Below, piece by piece: positions 24,601 through 38,418 of a DNA stretch of 64,000 nucleotides; the stretch's first letter is position 1, and each line of letters starts with the position of its first letter. The position numbers were made by a program, and so were the translations under genes. The notes beneath the pieces are model-generated. The model ran no database searches and was not told the origin of the DNA. It was given only the letters and a program-made list of their open reading frames with translations. The stretch spans positions 2,108,001-2,172,000 of the forward strand of contig JAYWIR010000005.1 in the NCBI GenBank assembly GCA_036172245.1. The letters run 5' to 3'. The DNA is from Raillietiella orientalis. Taxonomy: Eukaryota.

Positions 24601-27600
24601 AGCAAAAGAGAATGCAGGGGAAGTGGTGACTCGTCAAGAAATCCGGTTCGTGGACTGGATCATCCTGACGGACTCCTTGTTGAGCCGACGATCTTCGAAA
24701 TTCAAAGTTCCAGATTACCGAAATTCAAGGACCACTCAATGAGCAAGCAAAGAAACCGTCTTTCTCAAAAGATGTTGCGAAAAAAAGGGAATTGTGAGGC
24801 CTCTGATTGATGCTAGAAATTCGGCCGCCGAAAACGAGCAGCGGAGCCTCGTCTTCCTGATAGTTCACGTGACAAACGAAAGATGCCACAACACGTCGTG
24901 CTGATCTATGAAAAACCAGCACCATTTTCGCTCTGCCAAGCAGTTCTCCATGCTTATTCTTGCAAGTAGGAAAGAAGGTGCATGAGGAAGCCGCACCTGA
25001 CCATACCGTACAGTACAAGGAGTATCACTGATTACTAAGTCAGATTTACGTCAATGACAGCGAGGATGCAAGTAGATTCGAACGGAAGGCTGTTCGCGGA
25101 CGCAAACGCTTTTTCGGTAGCTCCACGAATATTGTGAGACATCCTAGATTTGTTGGCGGTAATTAACCTGTTTGCTTCCTGGAGCCAAATGATAATGACT
25201 TGGTCACCGAAAGTACTGAAACTGTGCTGCTGCTGACATCAGTCATGGGGTAGACTACAAGCAGACAGCTTTTCTCGACAGCCTTTACAGCGTCGTCAGC
25301 AAAATTAGCAAGGATTTAGAATTCTCATGATTGCATGGAGTTTCCATCTTATGCCTGAGATGTTAATGCGCATCGTATTGAATCAAGAGTCACAAAAAGG
25401 TGCTTTTAAGAAATTGCAGTAAAAAAAAACAATAGGCACGTCACCTTTGGTCTTCTCGTGTTATTAAGCGATGCACTGGACATCAGCATCAACTCTTTTT
25501 AGACTCGCAACAGAGACAACTCAGGCAACTTTGACAGTTGGTACATGTGCTGTTTGGTTCTCCTCGAGTCTTTTCTCGGCTCATGAAAGAGACCTTTTTC
25601 TCGCCTACTTCTCATGATACCACTGTTGGATTCATTTCGAATTTTAATGCGCATCCGAACAGCTGGTTCAGTTTCCGACTCTATAGAGTAGTAGTAGAGG
25701 AAGATGTTCTCAAATCAGTGCGTGGCAAATTTTTGACAAAACAATGTTTCCACCATGTGTGGATTTTGCGCGGTGAAATGATTTCATCTTTCGTTCTTAA
25801 CTGAAGTTCGGCTCAAGTGTCGTGAAATCTCTGACCCCGGAGGCAGCTTGCTTTCAATGCGACATTTTCTGACTTGATAGTTGATGACTGGTTACCAACG
25901 CTTGGATCCTAATGAGGGTGGTGGATACTTCTTGCGCTTCCCTTTGAGTGTTCCTCAGGTCAGCAACGCCTTATTACAATCGGATGCCGAGAGAGATGAG
26001 CACTTATCAATAAACTGGAAATCGGGATCCACTCTTTGCTTCATCACATTGAATCGAGTTTGATGCTGCAAGTGGAAGTAGTGAGATGACCGTCCTTTCT
26101 ACAGATGCTTTTCTTCCTGTCTCACGGCTGTTAGGATTCCCTTTGTGATTACCTTGAGGTCGCTATTGGCACTTGACCCTAAACAACTAACCCCATTCCC
26201 TCCATTGTTTTGAATGTTTCAGCCACTCTTCCCCAAAGAAGGTGATAGAAGGTTTGAAGGCTATTCAAGTTTGCATTGAGCTCAGATATGAGTTGGATGC
26301 TTATCTGAACGACTCATTTAATTGCTAGTTAACCAATGCTCATTATGACTCCATCACCGTCTAGTTTTTCGCCAAGTACAGTTCAGGATAAACATGCATC
26401 CCCTATCAGAATGGGTGCATGGTTGCTTGCAGCTTTACTCACATCAGGCCAGGATATTCCAGAAGTATTGGTAGAATCATTGTTCTAGTCAGTTGGTATG
26501 GAATTCATCACAAATCCCCAGTTTTCTTGCCCTTCCGGTAGCACAGATTGCCAGATAAAAAGGGTTAAATGCTTTGTTTGCATCGCTTTTTCCAAAATGG
26601 AAGGAGGAAGTGATTATTCAGGATGAATTCATAATTCGAAACACCAAAAACAGTTCTTTAAAAAGCCACTGCCACTGCTCGTCCAATTGATGTGGGAGCT
26701 GCGAAGGGCTAAACTTGTGATTTGATGCCGCTTGATTTGTTTCGAAGCATCTTTTCGCCCTTTCCATCCAGATTCATCTCATAAACTAACTACGAATGAT
26801 TCTCTTGCAGTAGCTTCTGTTCCAGGATAAATTCATTTTCCATCCAGATGATTTTCCAGTACAGCTAGCGCGAATGGGCGGGCGTTTTTGTTTGAGTAGC
26901 GATCTTCATATGAGAATATGGTCTCTGCTTTATTGCCAACCCGATCTGATCTGTTTCATGACTCTGCAGAGAGCAGTGCAAGTATTTCTAAAATTGCGTG
27001 TTTAATCTGTGCGCCAATGCCATGCGTGAGAACACTGGAGCCAGTGTTTCGCCGTCCTGTTCTATAGTCATCCGGTTCCTTCAGGAAGTTCGAGTCGGTT
27101 CTCATTCTTTCTTCTGGAGTTACACCACTGCCACTCACCCGTTGCACCTGAAATTGCTAACTATCGCATGTCTTCACATGATCGAAATTTCCCGACGTCA
27201 GCTTCATCACCGTGCAACAGGACGAGTAATTTCTACTCATTCGGCACTCCTTCACCTAGGATCGCCTGTTTTTGTTTCCCGCAGAGTAAGAGGGCATTTC
27301 TTTCAATGCTTTCTTTGCACGCTCAGTCTTTTGTTTGCTTGTGTCCATTTATGTCTTCATTTCTGGGCGCCAGGCATGACAAATGAATTCCTGAAGCATC
27401 GCAAGAATAATCATATTGATTGCCTTTGCCACTTACCAACATGGGTAATCAATCAATCAACGGCAACTCACTCGGCCACTGCTTCCTTGCACTTCTCTCC
27501 TAATGGAATAAACGGAAGCAGATACTAATACATCATCAGATACAAAGCAACACAGTTTTGGAAGTAATCATTAAAGTGATGGGAAGCATCGAGCACCCCT

Positions 27601-30600
27601 GGACAGTCAAGATATTAGGAAGAACCGCTCTCAACGCTTGATGCTGTGAACGCTGTTGCACGGGAGCTTTGGCGAGTTTTAGCACTTGAAGGTGCGTGCA
27701 TGTTCTCTCATCCACAGCCCTCTTCTAGTCATATTCTAAAACTTTATCTAATGTCTTCTTTCTCGTGGAGATTTCCAGAAGTCCTGCATAAACTATCTGA
27801 GGTGATTAGTCTCTTGATTGAAATCACCTCTTTGTTTTCAGTTGCAGGATGCAGCATCCAGATAATGGACCATTTCGCAACAGCTTTTCCCTTTTTTGTC
27901 GCTGGTGCACACAATGGCACAAAGCGAACAGATCAGCAGGAGAAAAAGTCTCGACAGACGCTTCCTTGAAACAAACTCAGTTCCTAAGGAGCTCTTCACA
28001 ACAGAGTCACTTCTGTTCACTTCATTCTTCTAAGAATTCACAGATATACCAAAGCACCTGTGCTTTACCACATTCGAAGTCTCAGACTGCAGCCACTCTT
28101 CCTAACGAACATGGATGCCATTGAATTCTCTTTCCTCGTTCAAAGAGGTGAGAGCCCTACCGCAGGAGTTTTACTAAGCCGGGTCGTTTGGGTGCAAACC
28201 AGGTCCGGACTGGTTGTATCCGGCGTGTGACACACCCCGGATCACTATTTGTCCATTTGCTGCAATTTTTTACATTTCTCTCTCATCCAAATCTTTTTCG
28301 CTTGTATTCCAATCGAAGGGTGGGATGGACTTTCCTCGAAGAAGTGAATCTCCTCGCCAACTCCCCTTGACAGGAAAATCATTTCAAGATGCCTTCTCGA
28401 TGGATCCTTTACGATCCTCCTTCTTTCCTCATTGGACGAGTGCAGTGGGCATGCCGTCTGTCAGTAACTGGAAGAGTGAAGAAACTCAAGTCTGTACTTT
28501 GTGCTCTTCATGGTTACCCTCCTTAATTAATGATAGGATCTTCATCTTTCTTTCGGCTTCTTGCCTTCTCACATTCTTTCTTATTCGTAACTACACTCCT
28601 TTACTTTTAACAGCCAGGCTTCCCTCTAATTACTCAGAACGGCGATGGTCGATCTCTGAACTTTCTCCGAAGATGTGTTGCGGGTTCGCATTCCGATTCC
28701 ACAAATGCAGCGTTCTTTCTCTTCCGAAGACATCAAGCGCGTCCACTCGTGTGAGCAGAGCACAGCCAGAGGTGCAATAGAATGGGACGGCATGATCGAA
28801 AAACGCTCACTTTGCAAGAGCTCTGCGACGTCGAAGAGCTTTCCTCAAGCAATAAGCATCTGCTTTCACGACAGCATCCATCCTTCCCCTAGATGACCCC
28901 ATTCCTTCCGAGTTCCCGATGGCCGGCTGGCAGCTTTTCAAAGCGGTTCTCGAGCCTCGGCGTAGACTCCCGGCAAGTTCCATAAGGACGCGCAGCTGCA
29001 TCACGCAGATGTCCTTCCTCTGTGCAGTCAGCTGCTTTCCGCTCAGTGTCCCTACGGAGCCGCCGGCCTCGGGTTCTTTCATGGAAAAGCAGCTCTGAAA
29101 TTGAAACGCCACTAATCGACGTGCTGATAGTCTTCCCGGTCCAAGCAGGGAATTTTCGTGCCCGAGTCCATGGCATGCATTCGGAGCCCACATTGGATAT
29201 TTCTGTTCTTTCTTTATTCACTCTTGTTGTTTAGACGTATTGGCGCATATCTGCTTCGTTGATGACTCTCTGGAACTACCCATCAACGAAACCCACTAGT
29301 GCCCCTCCGTGCGTCTTGCACATGGAGGGTACAGGAATACAGCAGGGAGGTGACCTCATCCTCAAAAAGGTGCTGGGAGCTCATTAATGCAATTAGGCCT
29401 GTTTTATTCATCATCTGCCATCCTCTTCTCTTCCTTTCTTCCTTCGTTCTCTGTGTGCCCTGATTCCCACTGAAAGCGTCATCTTGCACATTCTCAGTCG
29501 TGCCGTCGTTCTTGCAGGATGGAATTCCGCATGCGTGGAAAGGAAAGCATGAAAGAAGTTTTTCTGCTGCTACCTTCGAGCCTCGCGGGACAGGAAGATT
29601 GCTTGACTCCCCTCTGGGGAGGTTCGAGGACTGTGGGAACAGCCGCCCATACGGCTCCAGCGAAACATTTTGGTACGGCTAGAGAACTGAGATTCTTCAC
29701 CTCAGCGAAGACGCCTCGATTTTTCCGAGGCACCCCACAGTTCTTACCCACCAAAAAATTTGGTGGGTTTTGCAGCTCTAGCTTTCAACCCAACTGGTTT
29801 ACTGGCCCCCGTGTTTGTCAAAACCTCAGTATGCCAGGAGAGTGTAGCCCAAGAAAATCAAAATGAAACCTCCTTTTCCCGACCGCGATTGAAATTGAAA
29901 CGCCTTCCTTCCATGTGAGGGAAGTGACCTGGCCCTGGGTTTCATAATGAGGGTGGAGTCACGTTTCGCATCTTCGATAATCGCTTTTTTGTTCCTGTTC
30001 TTTTTTTTTTTTTGGTAAACTGGCACACGTCTGGAGGTACTTCAGACATCTCTTCACACATCCGCTATGTGCCGCTGCTACTTTCCTCCGAAAACGCCCA
30101 TCCATGAGTGACCCGGGGGAGCTCTCAGCAAAGTGGAGGATAGGTACGAACTGGTGAGCTCCTTGAACTCATCAAATAAAGAAGACCAGAAAAGAGAGAT
30201 TCTGGATTTCTGGAAGCCAGTGTAGCTATTTTAGTGCATCGCTTCTTTTGGATGGAGTAGTTTCTTGGCTGTTACAGATACCGTTAGCACTGATGATCTT
30301 TTGAATCAAGAGAAATTATTCAGATAATTATAACAGAAAATCATCTCTTTTTTTGAGGAAACTCCCCATTTTCACAAGCCTCTATCTTCTCGTAAGTCTT
30401 TAATTTTGGAAATCAGCAAGCAATATCTTGAGAAAGATCGCAAAAAATCACTTGAACACGAGGACACAAGAACGATGGGCGTTAGCAGCTTTAGAGCACC
30501 ATCACTACATGATTTGTGGAGTCTATGTTGGCACTTAGCAACCAATTCATAACTGCAAGTTATATGTATTATGTACAATCATGGAACTCGTGAACACACA

Positions 30601-32190
30601 TACGTATCAGCAATTATCAATTTTCAAACAAAAAGTGGAGAGACTGAACATGACGAGAAGGTAGTCAAAAGCATTGCTTTAGTAGGTATTGATAGGAATG
30701 CCTATAGAAGTATTCTTCATCTGTATTACTGTGCTTGTGCCTTTGTATATCATTTTCTGCATATCAAGTACAGTCCATATAGAACTTGTCAGATGACCTT
30801 CGCAAGACTATATCAGTTTATCTTTGAAATTTGGAGGTTTAATTTTCATATCGGTTTTAATATTCTTTCAGAGATATCAACGTTTGGAATTTCAGCACCT
30901 CTACACCTGCAAAGGAGAGAAGAAAAGATTCAGAACCACATTATGCTTTTGAAAATTATAAGAAAGCAAAGCATTTTAATATTTGTTTGTTTATTTTCCA
31001 TTGAATTCAGATGACAGTACTCGAAGATGAGGGTTTCTTCAAGAATTAAATATTTGTATCCAAAGAGACATTTCGAAAGTCTGTCATGATATTCCAGTTT
31101 GGAAAAATCAATTAAATAACACGATTCTTAAGAGATTCCGGCTTAAGAACCAAATTCATGAAGCATACCAGGAATAAACTTCGAATTTAAAAGAGCAACT
31201 TACTAAGCCATCAAGAATCTTGGATGACTTCTCCATCTTAAGGAAAAACACAAGTGTTCGACTTCCAGAAACGTAAAACACTAGGTGGCCTAGGCCATTT
31301 TTGCTGGCTGCAGCCTACAGCATTTCAAGAGCCATTTCAATTCGCTCAAACAAATCAGGTGCATTCATGCATTCCAAAATAAATTGAGAGGCAAATGAAA
31401 TAGATAAAAAAATAATATATCACTATAATTACCAAAAGTATGGTTTTCATCTTGTTAATTATCATTGAGATTTTACTAATAGAAAAAGTGTGCAGCACAA
31501 TCACAAAATGGATTATTAAGCTCAAAAGTGACAACTTAATTTACAATAAAACCTGAGCAAGTGAGTAAGCAGTGATATCTACTATAAGTCACAAATAAAT
31601 GGAAATAAGAGTGGTAACCAAAAGTGTCCATTTTTGCAATGCAGCCAGAAAAGCTGCGAAAGTTTTGCACTTTTTTTTTTTTTTGTACTTGTTCACAATT
31701 GCACAATCAGAAATTATTCAGTAGAGGTGCTTCATGTTTCTCGTGTAAATTTCGCTCAGCATTGTGAAAATGCTGTACACTTGGAGAGTTAAGTTACACT
31801 TGATAGCGAAAATAATTTCTGAAGAGTGCACATAGTTGGAGAATCAGCCGGTTCAGCATTATTCAGATGGATCATGTAGGAACAGTGAAAAGGTATGATC
31901 GGAGCCACCAAGCACTCTTGAATATCTGGAGCTGCTGGAAAGAGTTCCCAACTACCGAGGTCCCAAACAAACACGGCACTAAATCGACTCGCAGCTTTTG
32001 ACTTTTGACTGCTCTTGCTGAGATCCTTAAGCCCCGTTTTCGTTTTGCTGTTTTCATAATGAGGGACCATGTCGAAGACGAGGAAGATGGAGGTGGTAAA
32101 ACGGAAGTGAATGGTTCGAAAATCATGGACGTGAGAGTCCGCAGCAGAAACGCAGGCACCTGCGAGTACGCAATGCCCGGTCGCTCCACG
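21623..32190 (-). pseudogene. Putative pseudogenised multi-exon gene, product unidentified (large low-complexity central region, globular C-terminal exons)
   Basis: Exon-like minus-strand blocks bounded by GT/AG: RALVAVQEFLKPRVEQPV (~23030-22950), SFLNKFALVRPFSDGHVLLHEANRQYLH (~22890-22791), RILRVVKEAVKKSLEFLQ...LPW (~22543-22372), GASAFLEGKCSIVAYHNYMCRTLYVAFK (~22283-22186), INYLPYDKLIDFLFTEWQPIINEKEF (~24113-24000). The S/E/K-rich region at 25-28.6 kb is broken by stops. AATAAA near 21507. Boundaries are approximate. Confidence 0.5.
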
Positions 32191-32240
32191 GAGAAACCAA
32201 TTGGGAACTGAAGAGGAGCGGCGCCAAAGAAGTCAATTAT
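32150..32240. promoter_or_regulatory. Candidate bidirectional promoter between the minus-strand pseudogene and SUV3
   Basis: CpG-containing patch within AT-rich DNA between two divergently oriented genes. The palindrome CCAATTGG (32197-32204) gives a CCAAT on both strands. Confidence 0.3.
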
Positions 32241-33300
32241 GTTAATCCTAGTAGACTCAAGTCGTGGTCCATTTGTAAATTTTCTTCGGGATCATCGGTT
32301 TAAGGAAGTTATGCCGACTGTAATTTCCCTTGTAATCATTTTTCGTTTGGATACCAACGATAAATGCCCGAAGCATCTTTCAAAGATAGTACCAAATTAA
32401 TACCCAGTTGTGAATTTGTGATGCATTCGAGTGGGAAGAGGTAGACAATTCATTCAGTTCTTAATCCCTAACTTTCATAGTTTGCGGTCCAGTCTTGTCA
32501 TTCACCGAACTGATCCAAAGGGTTTGGCACCTAATGATTTTAAGCCCGACGATTGGGAATGTGTTGTGAAAGTACTTTTTCTTCAACACAGTGACCTCTC
32601 AACACGTGTAGGGGTTTGCAAAGGCGTTGGACGTGATTTCTGATAACAAATGATTTTTATTTCATAAAAATGTGCGTAATGGCACGTTTGCTCAGTTCTG
32701 AAACCATTAGTCATGTAATGCACGACCCGGTCTTTAAGCACTCTTTCTGATCATTCTTTTATAGATGGGGAAACAGTATTCCAAAGTTTTTGAAAATTTT
32801 AACAATCCTCCTAAAATCCTTGATTTTATTTTCCCACTTGCTTCAAGAATGCGCCTACAGTGATTTTAACACAGCTTTCGTCTCCATTTCCCATTTTGTT
32901 ATCACATTTTACTCAGGTAATAAGATATGTTAGCTTTTATTCAGGGCTTGTAGAGAACCAATAGTGTCCAACGTATATTGGACACTATTTCTGACCTGTA
33001 TATATATTGGCTCTCTATAAGCATTGAATTCAGGATTCATAATGACGATGGCAGTTCAGTAATAGCAATGGACAATCTGCAAACTGACAAGTGATGACAT
33101 ATTTTTGTGTTTCATGTCAGTTTTTCATTTTAATGAGCAATATGAGCAGAGCTGGATTTCATGAATTGCATGATTACTTTAATTATCATATAATTATCTT
33201 GAAAGAAAGATTCCTGTTGTTTGGTGCTTATATTTTATTAAAAATTTATATGCAGACTTTTTTGCAGATCATTGTGAAGTAAATAGTGATTTTAATAAAA

Positions 33301-36300
33301 ATGACACTGATATCCATACACACCAAATCAAAGCATGTTTCCCTACTTTCAAAAGACTTTTCCTTGTACAAAACATGCCTTGAGAACTTTTGTTATTGTG
33401 TCAGGAAGGAACTTTGCATAAATAAGAAAACTCTATGGATGAGGAGTGTTTTATTTTCTGTGAGTGCTAAATTTAACACCAGAGACAAGGATCTGTCCTC
33501 TTTGTTTGTGCCGTTAATGGTAAAGCCCAATCCTGATGACATTGATATTGGGGCTGAACTTACAAATAAATTAAATAAAGAGGATGTTTGTAAAATTCTT
33601 GGACAGTTCTATCAAAACGAACAAGTAAGGGAATTATCTGAAGAAAATGGAATAGATTGTAAGCATTCTTGTATTTATGTACTTTTTCTGGTATTTCTCA
33701 AGTTTCAAGTTTGTATCAATATTTTGGTGAACTTTCTGGTAATTAGTCAAAAATAGCAATTTTACTTGTATTTTATTTTTATATTAGTATGGGTTTTTTA
33801 TTTTTCAGATAATTTATTTCAACAAGTTTATATAAGTTTTAGAAAATTTTGTGTGGATTCAGAATGCTTGCCTGTCAACCTTCACATTATCTTCAGTGAC
33901 CTTGTTCAGAATGCTGGTCATGTTAGTGATCTCTTTCCTTACTTTTTAAAACATTCAAAGTCAATGTTTCCCCACTTGGAATGCATGGAAGACTTACGGA
34001 AAATAAGTGATCTTAGAAATCCAGCAAATTGGTATGTACTGCTACTATTTATCCTCCATGAATGAGGTTTTCTGAATTCTCCTATATCATTCAGATTTAT
34101 TGAGAATTTCATAGTGATTTCCAAACAAAATGCTTAACATCTGTTCTAGTCGTAAAAATTCATTTTGTATGCATAATTTAAAAGTGACACACAAATGTCA
34201 AGTTTTCTATGCATATGTCTGCATATAAATGCAGATATAATTATGATTGTTTTTCCTTTTCATTAGAATTATATGCTAATTTTTCAAGTATTTCATTCTC
34301 AATATTTGCAATTTTTCAAGTAGAAGAGAATTCAAGAGCACTTCTAGAGTTTTACTTGTGTAGGTACCCAGAAGCAAGACAATTGAAACGGAGAATATTT
34401 TATCACTGTGGTCCCACCAACAGTGGCAAAACACATCATGCCCTTGAAAAATTAATCAGTGCCAAGTCAGGGGTGTACTGTGGTCCCTTAAAATTGCTTG
34501 CTGTTGAAGTGTATAAGAAGCTGAATCAGTTGGTAAAAATTATCAATTCAAAAATTCTGATTTCAATTTAAAAAAAAAAAAAAGCACTGTTTAGCAAAAT
34601 TTGTCACATGTTTCATCTTCTCACTCTTGGTTATTCTGTGTTACCAATGAATGCTACATAGCAGACATACTACAAATCACTGAGTTTTGTGTTTAGAAAT
34701 GAGAAGTGTTTCAAGTAAACCATTGGTATCAAAGAAGCATATGCATTATGTGAATTCATTGCAAATAAACTTCTGTCCATTTACAGATTACCTAAACTAC
34801 TGTGTTCCAGGGCACACCATGTGATCTGTTAACAGGAGAAGAAAAAATCTCTGTCAATCCAAATGGAGAATCAGCAGCTCATATATCATGTACTGTTGAA
34901 ATGACATCAGTCCAGAAGCCTTGTAAGGGCATTTCTTAAGGTTCTCCCTGATTGCTTATTGTAGTAAACTACATAGAAATTTTCGATATTTTTCGGATTT
35001 CCAAAATTTTGCTGATATCTAATAATGTATCATTATTGTCAGAACTTAAAGAGCAAAATTAATTAAAAATATTTTCTTTTCTCATGATTTCTTTTTTGCT
35101 TCATATAGGTGAGGTTGCAGTTATTGATGAAATTCAAATGATGAGAGATTTACAGAGAGGATGGGCATGGACACGTGCATTTCTAGGTATCTGTGCTTCT
35201 GAATTACATCTTTGTGGAGAAGAATCTGCTATTCAGCTGATTAAGGATATGTGTTTAACCACTGGAGAACATGTAGAAGTCAGCAAAGTATATGTTAGTT
35301 ATATTTGCATTACATGTTTGCATCTTAGGTTCGTAAATATAAAAGACTCACCAAGTTAGAATTGGAGGATCAAGCTTTGTGCCATTTGAGGAATGTTAGA
35401 GCTGGTGACTGTATTGTGTGCTTCAGCAAAAACGATATATATACTGTATCCCGGCAGCTAGAACAAATGAATAAAGAATGTGCTGTAATCTATGGTGGTC
35501 TCCCACCTGGTGCCAAATTAGCACAAGCTGAGAAATTTAATGATCCTAATGATTCTTGCAAAATTCTAGTTGCAACAGATGCTATAGGAATGGGTTTAAA
35601 TTTGTGAGTTTTATCTTATGTGCAAGCTTTCCTTTGTTTCTGAGTATTACATTGTTTTATCTGCACAAGTATATTTTGTTTATGGTTTAGAATTTTAGTA
35701 AAAAATGCATCAACTAGACATTAAAAATTACTCACTATGCCTTTTATTTCCATGATGTTTGGATTTTTTTTAAAATCATTATTAGAAAATCCATTTGCAT
35801 TTACATAACTAAGCACACAGTCTTCATAGAAGAAAATAAAGTGTTTGAAATTTACTCTTATGGCATTGTAAACATCCATTTCTCCCTGCTTTATTTTGTT
35901 TTAATATGTATTTGATTCAATTGTATTCATATCTATTGGATTTGTTTTAATATGTATTTGATTTTGTATTTAAGAAAACTAGATAAATTAGTCATAAATG
36001 CTTTGGACTTTATGCTAGGTTTTCCAAGTTCAATCATGTTAGAGGTATAGTCCTTTGATTTTTCCATTCCTAGTGTTTTTTAAGTGATCTGTTTAAATAT
36101 ATTTTTTATTAGTTTGAATGCACTTCATGCTAGTTTTTAGCTCATTTGTTTTTTGCATATGCATTTGTCCCTGCGAATTGTTTGTTTACAAAATTACTGC
36201 ATTCTACCCAAATTGTGTACTCTAATCAACTTAAAGTGTACTTTATTGCATTCTTGTTTTGTATTTTCGGATCTCATTTCTTGTGTTTATTCTTGCAAGT

Positions 36301-38418
36301 ATTTTTTCCATTCTTACACTGAGAATGTAGAACGTCTTTAGATTCTTTTCCAGTGAGATTATGCAGAGAAAGCAGCTTTGTCCCCAGTGTCAAATTCCTT
36401 CACCTTTCTGTCTTATCATGGTAACCTAAAGTATGGCAAGTGGTTTTTTTGTTCATCAAAAACTCAAGAACGTATTATCAAAGATGATGCTCATAAGAAA
36501 CCTTTTCTGTAAAAGCGGTGATGTCATCTAACTTTGTGCTTTAGTGTGAACACTCAAGTCATGGGTTCTGTAGTCTTCACTAAATGCCCCATTTGTTCAT
36601 ACAGTTAATGGAAAAATTTTCCACTTAAACAATGTATGCAAAAAGCAAAATGTTTTAACTTGACCACACATAGTAGTCAGAAGATTGACACCTTCTTAAT
36701 TATTCTTATATCATGATTACCTCAGCTGCAGCTGTAGTTTTAAGATATTTGCCCTGAATTTCATTGTTTTTATGCACTAAGATGCAATGCATGAATTGAA
36801 AATATGCCATAGTATGATAAGTTTTTTTATTCAAGTTTTGTTCATGATTCTGGTCATTAATCTCAAAGGAAATGGTGAGCGAAGTTTTTTTAATTCAGGT
36901 AATCTTTTGTTTTAGGAGCATAGGACGAATTATTTTTTATTCTCTTGTTAAGCCCGTGATAAATGAAAAAGGAGAAAAAGAAATGGCTACAATTACCACA
37001 TCACAAGCTTTGCAAATATCAGGAAGAGCTGGAAGATATAACACAGAATTTTCGAAAGTACATGCAGTCGTATATTGATTTTTTATTCATGGTATTTTAG
37101 GGGCTAGTCACGACATACAAAGCAGAAGATTTGACGATTTTAAAAGATATTCTATCCAAGAAACCTGAAGTCATCCCAAAGGCAGGATTGCATCCGACTG
37201 CGGAGCAAATTGAATTGTATGCTTATCATTTGCCAAATGTAGCCTTATCCAATTTAGTAGTATGTATCCCCAAGTGAATTTTTAAATTCTTTATTTATGT
37301 CATAGGATATCTTCATGTCTCTGTGTACCGTAGATCAGTCACACTTTTTTATGTGTAATTTGGATGATTTCAAGTTTCTGGCAGATATGATACAGCATGT
37401 TCCTCTTTCATTAAGGACAAGATATGTATTCTGTTGTGCACCAATAAATAAGAAGTTGACTATTGTCTGTGCGATGTTCCTAAAGGTGCAGTGCTCTTAT
37501 AGTTTCTTGCTAATTTGTTTGTTCTGCTAAAAAAATATTAGAGGATTCACGGAAAAAATAAGGAAACTGATTGATGTGCGGATAGCATCTAAATAAGCCA
37601 ACTTTTTATTTAGCTTCCGTATTTCTAATTTTCTACTTTGTAGAGCAAAATTGGTGTACTAACATTGGCTGCTATGTTGAAAATTTATCGAGTTGTGTGC
37701 TGACTCTCAAGGCACAATTAGATTTCCTCACAAATTCATTAAAGCGTCCAAGTTTGCTTGCAAATTGCAAAAATTCTTTGTTGATTTCTCCTCTCTCTTA
37801 GTATTCTAGGCTGTACAGCAAAAATGAAGTGATAAGTTTTGAGTGGTTACGTCAGCATATAGGCTGGCCATGGTCTCCTCCACTTAACATTGTTGATTTA
37901 GTGCATTTAGAAGCAGTCTTTGATGCCTTGGATCTTTATTTGTGGCTTAAGTAATTAATATTTTTTATTTGTTTCATTGAATTTATGTTTGCAGCTATCG
38001 CTTTCCAGATTTATTCCCTGACATCGATGCAGTTAAACAAGCTCAGAAAGTGCTCGATGAAGTAATACAACAAGGTGTGCAAAATATCACTCATTTACTG
38101 AAGAGTACAGAGGTAAAAGTAAGCAGCAGCGAGAATACAATAAAAGAGGAAAATGGTGAGCTTGAGAAACAACAGCAGATATGCTGCATAAGTGAATGTG
38201 CATTGTGAAGCGTACTTATGTCGTTTTTTATCCCAGTCCCTGAACTGAACCAAAAATCTAGCACTTTACTAGCCACAAAAGCTTCTAAAAGTGTCATAAA
38301 AGAAACTCCGTATGAAGTAGGACGAGGGAAGCTCACTGAAAGATTACTGGCTCAAGGCTTGTTGACTCCCAAGATGCTTGAAGAATTGAAAAGGGAATGG
38401 GCATCAACAAAAGTATGA
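33301..38418 (+). CDS. SUPV3L1: ATP-dependent RNA helicase SUV3, mitochondrial (12 coding exons, 759 aa)
   Basis: Exons 33301-33658, 33809-34031, 34364-34532, 34811-34922, 35109-35278, 35329-35603, 36916-37057, 37101-37259, 37306-37485, 37802-37950, 37995-38155, 38237-38418. All introns are GT-AG, phases are consistent, total 2280 nt. Motifs: [83 protein letters not shown]. The start ATG is inferred; an upstream acceptor at 33267 suggests a 5'UTR exon. Confidence 0.96.

Noticed and set aside
35604..36915. Intronic snoRNA in the long SUV3 intron
   Set aside because: No convincing paired C/D or H/ACA boxes with a terminal stem; only a short AT-rich direct repeat near 35895-35965.
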